The notes under the pieces are model-generated. The model was not told the origin of the DNA, searched no databases, and worked only from the letters and a program-made list of their open reading frames with translations. A stretch of 36,906 nucleotides of DNA from a virus. Taxonomy: Duplodnaviria > Caudoviricetes. Location of the stretch: IMG/VR virus record IMGVR_UViG_3300017913_000829, positions 1 through 36,906 of that record. One strand, given 5' to 3'. Of this stretch, positions 1 to 8,992 are shown piece by piece (within the stretch, counting starts at the first letter, position 1; every line of letters begins with the position of its first letter). Made by a program: the position numbers and the translations under genes.

Positions 1-141
1 AGCATTGGCGGCCGTTCTGTCTTTATGCACAACAACGGTACGGGGCAAGGGATTTATAATGATGTAAATAATGAGTGGTTATTCTACGGCGTAAGTAACA
101 GTTACGCACGCTTGTATTACAACGGCTCATCAAAGGTTGAA
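1..141. repeat. Terminal direct repeat, copy 1 (identical to 36766-36906); circular-assembly overlap
   Basis: The first 141 nt (agcattggcggccg...caaaggttgaa) match the last 141 nt; the overlap falls in the middle of a gene. Confidence 0.95.
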
Positions 142-489
142 ACAACCAGTTATGGTGCCTTGGTCAACGGCAACGTCAGATCGCAAAGCACAGCAAAAGT
201 TTGGACTAACTTTGAAAGCATTGGCACACTTGGCATCAGGGACAGCTTAAATCAATCAAGCGTTAGTGATCTGGGAACTGGGTATTATCGCAGTAACTTC
301 TCAAGTAATACAGCCAATGACGATTATGCGGTGGGCGGCACATCTGGCGGGTTTCTCCCAAACTATGGCAGTCGCGTTGTATTCCCCGCAGCCTATGCCA
401 CTTCCTCATATTCGTTCCGCGTTCAATGGCAAGCCAATGAGGCGTATTATGACAGTGATAATAACACTATCATTATCATTGGAGATTAG
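1..489 (+). CDS. 3' part of the collagen-like tail fibre that starts at 35542 (about 570 aa when joined)
   Basis: The ORF-track Met at 25 corresponds to 36790, which is in frame with the ATG at 35542. The C-terminal segment is rich in G/S/N/Y, as expected for a receptor-binding tip. Confidence 0.85.
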   Translation, partial: SIGGRSVFMHNNGTGQGIYNDVNNEWLFYGVSNSYARLYYNGSSKVETTSYGALVNGNVRSQSTAKVWTNFESIGTLGIRDSLNQSSVSDLGTGYYRSNFSSNTANDDYAVGGTSGGFLPNYGSRVVFPAAYATSSYSFRVQWQANEAYYDSDNNTIIIIGD

Positions 490-899
490 TGGTGGTTGAT
501 CTTTTGTTTGATAGATTGTGCGAAGCCAAGTCGAAGTTGGACAAGGTACAATCTAAGTATCGTGTTGTTTATGAACTGCCTGATGACCCAGAAGGTACAG
601 CGGCTGTGCTTGTTCCTGACCCAAACTGGATGGCAGCGGCTTTGCATGGTGGGATACTTCCCCCAATCGAAACATACCAACGTGATCGACTGAAGGAAAA
701 GCCACCTTGGGAACATCAAACCGCAGAGCCTATCGGACCAATGACCGAAGAGGAAGCGATTGAGTACCTAATTATGAAAGACATCGAACCAAGTGTTTGG
801 CGCGACTACAAAGGCAATAGGACGATCATGCGTATTGTCCCTGTCGAATTGGTGCCAAGTGATCGAACATTTAGAAATGCATGGGAAGTAGCACAATGA
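489..899 (+). CDS. Hypothetical protein, tail-fibre associated
   Basis: 136 aa; start overlaps the fibre stop codon; GGAG upstream. Confidence 0.7.
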   Translation: MVVDLLFDRLCEAKSKLDKVQSKYRVVYELPDDPEGTAAVLVPDPNWMAAALHGGILPPIETYQRDRLKEKPPWEHQTAEPIGPMTEEEAIEYLIMKDIEPSVWRDYKGNRTIMRIVPVELVPSDRTFRNAWEVAQ

Positions 900-1318
900 G
901 TGACCCAGATTTAACAGACCCAGCGGTTCAAGCTGATAGGGTTGACCCAATACCAGACGATCCAAAAGACGTCTTTGTGAAGATTGACAGCACAGAATAT
1001 GACACGGAAACCCTAAGTCTACCAACAGACAGGGTATTCCGCGAAGCATGGGAAGCCCCAGAGAATGGTGCGATTGCTGTCAACATGGACAAGGCAAAAG
1101 ACGTATGGCGCGATAAGATACGTTTGGCACGTCCTGATGAGTTCACAAAGCTAGATGCTGACTTCATGAAGGCATTAGAAACTGGCAGTGATACATCGAC
1201 TATTGCTGCACAAAAGCAAGCACTACGCGATGCCCCACAACATGCGGATATTGACGCAGCAACAACGCCAGATGAATTGAAACTGGTGCAGCCAATACCC
1301 AACGTGACTGTCGGGTAG
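896..1318 (+). CDS. Putative tail fibre assembly chaperone
   Basis: ATGA overlap at 896-899. The C-terminal 'LDADFMKALE...AAQKQALRDAP' resembles the R/KQALRD motif of tail assembly chaperones. Confidence 0.6.
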   Translation: MSDPDLTDPAVQADRVDPIPDDPKDVFVKIDSTEYDTETLSLPTDRVFREAWEAPENGAIAVNMDKAKDVWRDKIRLARPDEFTKLDADFMKALETGSDTSTIAAQKQALRDAPQHADIDAATTPDELKLVQPIPNVTVG

Positions 1319-1322
1319 TCTT

Positions 1323-1865
1323 ATGAGGCAGAATTGGCAAATGTGGTCGTCTGTGCTTACTGATCAATCAGTCAGTGATATTATTGCGGACGCAGAAAAT
1401 TATGAAGTGGTACAAGCCTCAACTTTTTCTGGCGATACGTCAGAGCATCGTAAAAGCAATGTAAGGTGGCTTACGCCAAACTGGGCTGTCCGCGACATCA
1501 TGTTCAATTTTGCAATCATGACCGCAAAAACATTGGACATACAAATATATCGTGATGGTGACATACAGTTCACAGAATATTTAGGTTCAGAGGGCGGTAA
1601 ATACGATTGGCACCATGATGTCGATTGGAATAGGTCGGACGGTGTAGATCGTAAGATTTCTGTTGTGTTGCAATTATCAGACCCAAGTGAATACGAAGGT
1701 GGCGACTTTAGTTTTAGCGAAGTTGAAAACCCACCCACAGATGCCTTGAAAGCCAAGGGGACAGTTCTGTGTTTCCCAAGTTATTTGCAACATCAGGTTA
1801 CACCAGTAACCAGTGGGGTGCGTAAGTCTGCTGTTGCATGGTTTGAGGGTCCGCAGTGGCGCTAA
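1323..1865 (+). CDS. 2OG-Fe(II) oxygenase (prolyl-hydroxylase/PKHD-like)
   Basis: Motifs YDWHHD (HxD), RKISVVLQLSDPSEYEGG, distal His in LQHQVTPV and the 2OG-binding RKS. Confidence 0.9.
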   Translation: MRQNWQMWSSVLTDQSVSDIIADAENYEVVQASTFSGDTSEHRKSNVRWLTPNWAVRDIMFNFAIMTAKTLDIQIYRDGDIQFTEYLGSEGGKYDWHHDVDWNRSDGVDRKISVVLQLSDPSEYEGGDFSFSEVENPPTDALKAKGTVLCFPSYLQHQVTPVTSGVRKSAVAWFEGPQWR

Positions 1866-1876
1866 CAATAGGCTTG

Positions 1877-1885
1877 TGCTATAGT
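1877..1885 (+). promoter_or_regulatory. Candidate extended -10 promoter (TGcTATAGT)
   Basis: TGn plus TATAGT in the gap before 1904; a similar TGtTATTGT lies at 2824-2832 before the next fibre gene. Confidence 0.4.
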
Positions 1886-1903
1886 GCAAAAAAAGGTGAC
1901 TAA

Positions 1904-2821
1904 ATGTTAGGCTTTAGCCCCATAGCATCCGCACCATTAGGTGCAAACGTAGACGGAGATAAGGTCTTAATCGCTTTTAGCGGTACGTTTACGCTTAGTA
2001 TGCATGGGGCTGCCAAGCTGATCAGTGACGTTTACCCAAGTGGTGAATTTGTCAGCGATGGTCAGGCAATTACCTTTAGCGTTCAACGTGCGTTTGTCGC
2101 GGACGCTGGGTCGTTTACACTGTCGGGGCAAGATGCAAGCGTCACGGGACAGCTTAACTTTGCTTTGGATAGCGGATCGTTTACGCTTGCGGGGCAAGAC
2201 GCTGCGGTTAAGGCGCAAATAAAAATTGCATCGGATGCTGGCACATTTTCTCTAACGGGAACAGACGCTGATACAGAAACCCGCACTGACGCGGGCAACA
2301 TCTTACTGGATGTTAATTTTGGTCTACCGCTAGAAGCTGGCACATTTACGCTGACATACAGCGCCGATCTGGACTTTAAGAAGGGTTTTGGCCTGATTGC
2401 GGGCAGCGGATCGTTTGCGTTCACTGGCAACGATGTCACCTTTACGAAGGACATGAACATCTACCCAGAAAGCGGTACGTTTACGCTATCTGGTGAGGAT
2501 GCGGCAGTCACAGCGCAGTTTAATATGGCTGTCGATGCTGGTTCGTTCGCCTTGTCAGGGCAGGATGCCACCCTAACGCTACGGCGCAACCTTGTAGTAA
2601 ACAGTGGCACGTTTGCTCTGACGTTCCAAGAATTTACGATCAGAGGCTTTTTGTCGCCATATGTTCCGCCCGCCGTATATACAGAGCAAACGGTGCCAGT
2701 AGAAATATGGACAGAGCAAACAGAACCCACAGACATTTGGGTTGAGCAAGTGGATGCGTCATCCCCGACTTATACGGAAGCAAGCGACACATCTACCAAT
2801 ACATGGACTGAGGCCGCATAA
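1904..2821 (+). CDS. Virion/tail protein with degenerate 'xGSFTLSGQDA' repeats
   Basis: 305 aa in the tail module; repeated beta-strand-like units and C-terminal (W/Y)TEQ repeats. Confidence 0.65.
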   Translation: MLGFSPIASAPLGANVDGDKVLIAFSGTFTLSMHGAAKLISDVYPSGEFVSDGQAITFSVQRAFVADAGSFTLSGQDASVTGQLNFALDSGSFTLAGQDAAVKAQIKIASDAGTFSLTGTDADTETRTDAGNILLDVNFGLPLEAGTFTLTYSADLDFKKGFGLIAGSGSFAFTGNDVTFTKDMNIYPESGTFTLSGEDAAVTAQFNMAVDAGSFALSGQDATLTLRRNLVVNSGTFALTFQEFTIRGFLSPYVPPAVYTEQTVPVEIWTEQTEPTDIWVEQVDASSPTYTEASDTSTNTWTEAA

Positions 2822-2854
2822 AGTGTTATTGTGCGGATAACAAAGGATTAGATC

Positions 2855-3916
2855 ATGGCAATCAGTATTACAAAACCAACAGTTGGCGGCTCTGAGGACA
2901 CTTGGGGAAATCAAATCAACACCGCGTTGGATACTATTGTAGACGCGGTAAACGGCACGTCTGGCACAGTAGCACCAGACCACAGTACGCTCACAATTAA
3001 TGGCACTGATGTGACTGCTACAGCGGCAGAATTGAACATTATGGATGGTGTGACCGCGACTACGGCTGAACTGAACATCTTAGACGGCGTTACGGCAGAT
3101 GCGACAGAGTTAAACATCATGGATGGCGTTACCGCAACGACAGCCGAATTAAATATTATGGATGGTGTTACCGCGACAACGGCAGAATTGAATATCATGG
3201 ATGGCGTGACTGCCACTACAGCCGAATTGAACATTATGGATGGTGTGACTGCTACAGCAGCAGAATTGAACATTATGGACGGTGTGACAGCGACAACGGC
3301 AGAATTGAACATTATGGATGGTGTTACTGCTACAGCGGCAGAGTTAAATAAGCTAGATGGTGTGACAGCCACTACAGCCGAATTGAACTATACTGATGGC
3401 GTAACCAGCAATATTCAAACCCAGTTAGATGCAAAGGCTCCCACATCGCGCACAATCACTGCTGGCAGTGGCTTGTCAGGTGGCGGCAGTTTGGCAGCTA
3501 ATAGGACAATCAGTCATGCTGATACATCTAGCCAAGCATCTGTAAACAACAGCGGCAACACGTTTATTCAAGACATTACTCTTGATACATATGGACACAT
3601 TACTGGCATCGTGTCGGCTGCTGCTTCTGGCCTTTCTGTGACTGCAAGTGATTTCACTGGTACTGATGGTTACATCAAGTTTTCTAACAATTTTATGATC
3701 CAGTGGGGCCAAATTGATCCCTCTTCTGGAACCCAAGCTGTGTCTTTCTCACCTGCATTCGGTAGTAATGTGGTTTGGGCATCGGCTCAGTTGATCGACA
3801 GCTCACAGAACTATCAGTCAACCGCTATTAATCCCAGCTACACCACATCTGGTATGACCATTTACAGTGACAACGATACCAATTTGAAACTGTGGTGGAT
3901 TGCGATGGGTATCTGA
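2855..3916 (+). CDS. Tail fibre with a 13-aa tandem-repeat shaft
   Basis: N-terminal KPTVGGSEDTWG anchor-like motif; 10 copies of VTATTAELNIMDG; C-terminal GYIKFSNNFMIQWG as seen in fibre-tip (gp53-like) domains. Confidence 0.85.
   Translation: MAISITKPTVGGSEDTWGNQINTALDTIVDAVNGTSGTVAPDHSTLTINGTDVTATAAELNIMDGVTATTAELNILDGVTADATELNIMDGVTATTAELNIMDGVTATTAELNIMDGVTATTAELNIMDGVTATAAELNIMDGVTATTAELNIMDGVTATAAELNKLDGVTATTAELNYTDGVTSNIQTQLDAKAPTSRTITAGSGLSGGGSLAANRTISHADTSSQASVNNSGNTFIQDITLDTYGHITGIVSAAASGLSVTASDFTGTDGYIKFSNNFMIQWGQIDPSSGTQAVSFSPAFGSNVVWASAQLIDSSQNYQSTAINPSYTTSGMTIYSDNDTNLKLWWIAMGI
3011..3400 (+). repeat. 10 x 39-bp coding tandem repeat
   Basis: Encodes VTATTAELNIMDG units with synonymous variation between copies. 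Confidence 0.9.
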
Positions 3917-3980
3917 TGGTGGCACAGAATGGGGACACCCGTACAACATTGTTTAGGTCACGAAACCAGAGTAAACGCAT

Positions 3981-5471
3981 ATGCCGCTTATACCCTTAGA
4001 CATTCCCGCAGGATTTTACCGCAACGGTACGGACTATGAGCAAAGCAATCGCTGGCGTGATGGCTCATTAGTTCGCTGGCGTGATAATAGCTTGCGTCCG
4101 ATTGGTGGATGGCAAGAGCGTAAAGCGTCTTTTAGCACAAACCCGCTGCGCGGAATGCATACATGGGAAACCAACAACGGCAATGCATGGCTGGCTGGTG
4201 GCTCTCACTCAGAGCTGAAAGTGATGACGGGTGCGGCTGTAGTCACGGATATTACACCATCTGACTTAGCCACAGGCCGCGAAGATGCTGGTGTTAATAC
4301 TGGCTTTGGCGGTGGGTTTTACGGCCTTGGGTATTTCGGTCAACCTATTCAGTCAAACGATGACAGCGTTCCATTAGAGGCCACAACGTGGGCGTTAGAC
4401 AACTGGGGTGAATACTTACTTGCGCTACATTATGATGATGGGCGCTTGTTAGAGTGGCAGTTGGATACCGCATCGAATGCGGCAGTCGTAAGCAACGCGC
4501 CAACTAGCAACCTTGGAATGGTTGTTACGGAGGAGCGCTTTGTGTTCTGCCTTGGCGCGGGTGGCAATCCACGCAAGGTTCAGTGGTGTGACCGCGAAGA
4601 CAACACAACATGGACACCCGCAGCAACAAACGAAGCTGGCGACATTCTTTTGCAGACATCAGGTCAGATCATGCAGGGCATCCGCACACGCGGCCAGACA
4701 TTGATTATAACTGACACAGACGCACACACAGCACGTTATCTAGGCCCACCATATGTGTATGGCTTTGAGCGCGTAGGGACATCGTGTGGAGCGATTTCGC
4801 GCAAAGCTGCATCGGATGTAGATGCTGGTGTGTTTTGGATGGGGCAAGGCGCATTTTTTCGTTTTGATGGTAACAGCGTCAATGAATTAAAATGTGACGT
4901 GCATGATTATGTATTTGGCGACTTTAACACAGCTCAGCAATCAAAATGTTGGTCGTTTGCAAATGCGGCGTTTGGTGAAATTTGGTGGTTTTATTGCTCA
5001 TCGAGCAGCACAGAGATAGACCGCTATGTTGCGTATGACTACCTTGAAGGCCATTGGTTGATTGGTGAATTATCGCGCACATCTGGTGTGGCGCGTGGTG
5101 TTTTCCGCTATCCGTTCATGGCGGGTCACGATAGCGACACCGACATTTACGATCACGAAGTTGGCTACAATTTTGACAGCGCAACAACATACGCGGAAAC
5201 TGGGCCAATAAGCATTGGTGTTGGTGATCAGATTGCGCGGGTCACAAAAGTAATTCCTGACGAAATCACGCAGGGCGACGTGGACGTAACTTTTAAAACG
5301 CGTTTCTACCCGAACGCAACAGAGACAACACACGGGCCGTTTACTCCAGCAAACCCAACAAGCGTTAGATTTTCAGGACGCCAGTTGAGAATGCGTGTAG
5401 AGGGGCAAAGAGCCACGCAGTGGAAAGTAGGCAATATGCGCATTGATGCAAGCACCGGGGGACGTCGCTAG
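3981..5471 (+). CDS. Tail hub/nozzle (P22 gp10 / tail tubular protein B-like)
   Basis: 496 aa, Trp-rich beta-propeller-like pattern ('GTSCGAIS...GVFWMG'), located before the ejection genes. Confidence 0.7.
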   Translation: MPLIPLDIPAGFYRNGTDYEQSNRWRDGSLVRWRDNSLRPIGGWQERKASFSTNPLRGMHTWETNNGNAWLAGGSHSELKVMTGAAVVTDITPSDLATGREDAGVNTGFGGGFYGLGYFGQPIQSNDDSVPLEATTWALDNWGEYLLALHYDDGRLLEWQLDTASNAAVVSNAPTSNLGMVVTEERFVFCLGAGGNPRKVQWCDREDNTTWTPAATNEAGDILLQTSGQIMQGIRTRGQTLIITDTDAHTARYLGPPYVYGFERVGTSCGAISRKAASDVDAGVFWMGQGAFFRFDGNSVNELKCDVHDYVFGDFNTAQQSKCWSFANAAFGEIWWFYCSSSSTEIDRYVAYDYLEGHWLIGELSRTSGVARGVFRYPFMAGHDSDTDIYDHEVGYNFDSATTYAETGPISIGVGDQIARVTKVIPDEITQGDVDVTFKTRFYPNATETTHGPFTPANPTSVRFSGRQLRMRVEGQRATQWKVGNMRIDASTGGRR

Positions 5472-6142
5472 TGCCAAGTCCCACCCTGCCACCTCTTGGA
5501 CCTGACCTCCGGCAATGGGGGCGACAGCTATCTGCGTATTTACAGCGCAATTTAGCAAAGCTCGGGCAAAAGACTACAGACGACAACCCATCAGAGGATG
5601 GCGTTATTTTGTTTGATCGTGAATATGGATACCCTGTTGTTTCGTATAACAATGAATTTCGCCAGATCGTCATGGAAGGTGGCCATGTCTCACTGATACG
5701 ATCCACGGATGTCACAGCGGCGGCAGCCAATACAGCGTATTCCATCACATTCGATGCGCCGACAGGCAACAAGTACATTGACCGCGATGCGACAAACAAT
5801 GAACGGATCGTGTTTGAAGAAGCTGGCGAATATTTGATTAACTTCACAGCAGAAATTACATCATCATCTGGCAGTGATGTGACGTTCTATTTCTGGCCTG
5901 CGAAAAACGGCACGAATGTTGCGGGATCGACTATGGTTAATGTGCTGCATAACAACGGCGCAACTTTGGTGGTTTCGCGCAGTGCAGTGTTTAGCTTTGA
6001 TGCGAATGATTATTTAGAAGCCAAGTGGGCGGTGGATAGTACCAACGGATCGCTGAACAGCACGGCGGCAACATCATTTTCACCAGCATCACCCGCAGCT
6101 ACAATGACCATTACGCGCATCCACGGAGAGCATGCAAGTTAA
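5471..6142 (+). CDS. Putative tail needle or small tail protein
   Basis: 223 aa, coupled to the hub gene; beta-rich C-terminus. Confidence 0.55.
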   Translation: MPSPTLPPLGPDLRQWGRQLSAYLQRNLAKLGQKTTDDNPSEDGVILFDREYGYPVVSYNNEFRQIVMEGGHVSLIRSTDVTAAAANTAYSITFDAPTGNKYIDRDATNNERIVFEEAGEYLINFTAEITSSSGSDVTFYFWPAKNGTNVAGSTMVNVLHNNGATLVVSRSAVFSFDANDYLEAKWAVDSTNGSLNSTAATSFSPASPAATMTITRIHGEHAS

Positions 6143-6602
6143 CGAGGGTTCACGTTTGGGCGATAATGTTGTAGAATTGAAAAAACGATCACACATCAGG
6201 GTCGAGCCGATCATCGAGGACGTCGAGCTTGCGCTAGATAAATCGCTGAATTTGCTTCGTCCATCAATCGATGCATACAGTAGAAACGTAGCGGTCGAAA
6301 ACGTGATCGAGGATTTGCTAGACCAGAGCACGTTGCTCTGGCATGTGTACATCGAGGACACGTTGGCAGCGGCTTTTACAACAGTCGTGTGTCATCACCC
6401 TCAACGGCAAACGCTCTTCATAGAGTTTATGGGTGGCGTTGATATGAGGGTTTGGATGAAAGCAGCTCTAAACACACTGACGGAAGTTTGTAAGCGCGGC
6501 AATCTTGCTGCGATTGAAGCTGACGGTCGTTTAGGGTTTACGCGCTTTGCCGCAGACAACGGCTTTGTGGAAACACATCGTCATTTTGAGATGGAGATTT
6601 AG
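6132..6602 (+). CDS. Virion-assembly protein, possibly GNAT-like fold (T7 gp13-like position)
   Basis: 156 aa between the tail and ejection genes; 'LFIEFMGG...IEADGRLGF...GF' pattern. Confidence 0.5.
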   Translation: MQVNEGSRLGDNVVELKKRSHIRVEPIIEDVELALDKSLNLLRPSIDAYSRNVAVENVIEDLLDQSTLLWHVYIEDTLAAAFTTVVCHHPQRQTLFIEFMGGVDMRVWMKAALNTLTEVCKRGNLAAIEADGRLGFTRFAADNGFVETHRHFEMEI

Positions 6603-6604
6603 TC

Positions 6605-7795
6605 GTGGGCAGTAAGACAACGACAACCGAAGCAAAGATGCCTCAGTTCCAAGAGGACTTTATCAGAGAAACAATCATTCCGCGCGCTGAAGATATTGCG
6701 TCGCAAGAGTTTGAGCCATTTACGGGTGAACGCGTAGCCGGGTTGACCGGCCTACAAGAGCAAGCTCTGCAAGGTTATGGTGCTCTATCCACTCCATCCC
6801 CTGAAAGCCAACAAGCAGCACAGGCGTACGGGCAGCTTGCACAGTTTCAGCCAAGAGCCATGCAGGCAGCTACAGCCGCTCCGCTCTCGACGTTTGGCGG
6901 TGTTGGCGCGGTGCAAAGCGCAATGGCTCCCGGTCAAATGGCTGTCGACACAGCGGCGTCTCGTATGTCGCAGTATCAAAACCCATACGAAGATGCAGTG
7001 GTGCAGGCAGCTTTACGCGATGTAGAGCAGGGCCGCCAAGCTGCAATCAATCGTGAGGGTGCAGCGGCAACGTCAGCAGGCGCGTTTGGCGGATCTCGAC
7101 AGGCAATACGGCAGTCAGAGCTCGATAAAGCTGCAAATCAGCAAGCTCTCGACACAGCGGCACGTTTGCGTTCTCAGGGCTTCACACAGGCGCTTGGAGC
7201 GTCACAGTTCGACATTGGCCAGACACAAGCGGCACGCAGCCTAGCAGCGCAGCAAGCAATGACAGCGGCCACACTCGGCCAGCAAGCTCGAGAGAGTGCA
7301 GCGGCTCGTGCGCAGGCGTCAGGCATGGCAGGCATGACAGCGGCAAACCAAGCGGCACAAGCACAGGCGGCACGCGAACAAGCAGCCGCGCAGGCTAACT
7401 TGTCAGCGGCGTTGTCAGCGGGTCAATTGCAGGCGACAGGCGCGGCAGGGCTTGCCGGGCTTGGCAGCTCTAACCTACGCGATCAAATGGCGGCACTTAG
7501 CGCGCAGATGGGCGCAGGCGAAACTCAGCGCATGCTTGGCCAGCAAGGTCTGGATGCAGCGTATCAGCAATACTTGGCGCAGCAAAACTATCCGCTTACA
7601 CAGTTTGGCGTCTTGACAGGTGCAGCAAGCGCGATCCCAACAGGTTACGGGACTACAATGGAAACGACACGAAACCCGATGGGCACGCTTGGTATGGGCT
7701 TGCAAGCGTTTGGCGGATTGGGCATGGGCGGCATTGGGCCGTTTAGCGCGTTCCAAGGAATGCAGAGCAACCCGTTTGGCGGATTTGGCGGATAG
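6605..7795 (+). CDS. Putative ejection/internal virion protein
   Basis: A/Q/G-rich; 'YQNPY...AGAFGGSR' motif; glycine-rich hydrophobic C-terminus; GGAG RBS. Confidence 0.7.
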   Translation: MGSKTTTTEAKMPQFQEDFIRETIIPRAEDIASQEFEPFTGERVAGLTGLQEQALQGYGALSTPSPESQQAAQAYGQLAQFQPRAMQAATAAPLSTFGGVGAVQSAMAPGQMAVDTAASRMSQYQNPYEDAVVQAALRDVEQGRQAAINREGAAATSAGAFGGSRQAIRQSELDKAANQQALDTAARLRSQGFTQALGASQFDIGQTQAARSLAAQQAMTAATLGQQARESAAARAQASGMAGMTAANQAAQAQAAREQAAAQANLSAALSAGQLQATGAAGLAGLGSSNLRDQMAALSAQMGAGETQRMLGQQGLDAAYQQYLAQQNYPLTQFGVLTGAASAIPTGYGTTMETTRNPMGTLGMGLQAFGGLGMGGIGPFSAFQGMQSNPFGGFGG

Positions 7796-7804
7796 GAGAT
7801 AACG

Positions 7805-8992
7805 ATGGCGACTTATAGACTTACACAAGAAGACATCGATCGCTTCAATCTGACGGACGCCGTGCCCGGCGACATGGCGACAGAGCAAGAGCTGCGCATG
7901 ATGTTTCCGGCGCAGATGAATGAGCTCGACCAGCAAGCGCGTCAAGCGACGACAAGCAGCATGTTCACGCCGGCTAGCGTATCGGGCACACCCGTCGCGG
8001 CTCCGGTGTCGACGGCTAATCTGCCGTACAATCCCAGCGAAATCCTGCCACCTGATGCGCCAGTGGCGCAGCAAGTCACCGGGACAACGCAGCCTCTGTC
8101 TAACGCTGGTATTGAGGCAATGTTGGCGCAGGGCGCACAGGCGCAGCCAGTCGCGTCAATGACGCAAGAAGACGACCCGTACAGCAACCTAAGCAAGACG
8201 CAGCGACGTATGCTTGCGTTTGCCGCAATCAGCGACGCAGGCGCCGCTTTGCAGGGCAAGCAGGGCACGATGGTATCATCGCTTCTTGGCGACTTTACAG
8301 AGCGCGCAGATCAGGCGCGTAAGGCTAACGCAGCGCAGCAACGCAACCAGATGATGTCGCAGCTCATGGGCGGCGGTATGGGCGGAGGCATGGGCCTCGA
8401 AGGCTTCAACCCTACGCAGCGTCGTCAGGCGATCGTAGCAGCTATGACGCAGGGCTTGATTGAGCCTGCGGCGGCAAAGGTGTTGCTCGATCAAACAGCG
8501 CAGATGGAAGGTCAACTATCGGCCGCAAGTAAGTCGGCGTCACTAATTGCGGACGTTGATACAGTGCTACAGCTTCCCGGGCTTGATCAATTGCTTGGCG
8601 TCGAGGGTATATTTACGCGCAGCTTAGAGAGCTTGGGACTTGGCGCGTTGCGTCAGGATGCAATGGCAGCTCGCGCTTTCATGGAAAAAATTAAAGGCGG
8701 CATATTCATGGAAGCCTTTTCCACATTGAAGGGCGGTGGACAAATTACTGAAAAAGAAGGTGAGAAAGCGACCCAAGCCGCAGCACGCCTAAACGAAGCG
8801 CAGAGCCCACCAGCGTTCCGCGACGCACTTGCAGAGGTGCGTTTTTATGCGGATCTTGCGCGGCGTCGTGCTAACGGTGAGGTTATTCCAGAGACGTTCT
8901 ACAAAAGCACATTGACGCAGACGGACGCGACAGAAGCGGACCAAGAGACTGACGAAGACACAGAAAAGTATTTCACTACACCGGGTAATTAA
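7805..8992 (+). CDS. Putative ejection/internal virion protein
   Basis: 395 aa; AGGAG RBS; C-terminal 'AFSTLKGGGQITEKEGEKA' motif; position in the module. Confidence 0.65.
   Translation: MATYRLTQEDIDRFNLTDAVPGDMATEQELRMMFPAQMNELDQQARQATTSSMFTPASVSGTPVAAPVSTANLPYNPSEILPPDAPVAQQVTGTTQPLSNAGIEAMLAQGAQAQPVASMTQEDDPYSNLSKTQRRMLAFAAISDAGAALQGKQGTMVSSLLGDFTERADQARKANAAQQRNQMMSQLMGGGMGGGMGLEGFNPTQRRQAIVAAMTQGLIEPAAAKVLLDQTAQMEGQLSAASKSASLIADVDTVLQLPGLDQLLGVEGIFTRSLESLGLGALRQDAMAARAFMEKIKGGIFMEAFSTLKGGGQITEKEGEKATQAAARLNEAQSPPAFRDALAEVRFYADLARRRANGEVIPETFYKSTLTQTDATEADQETDEDTEKYFTTPGN

Noticed and set aside
2911-3372. Long antisense ORFs (also 36180-36425, 9760-10467, 20563-21204, 31307-31876 and similar)
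   Set aside because: They are shadows of well-supported genes on the opposite strand and have no RBS or motifs.
3011-3400. 39-bp periodic array as CRISPR or a DGR
   Set aside because: There are no unique spacers, variation is mostly synonymous within a coding frame, and no cas or reverse-transcriptase gene is present.
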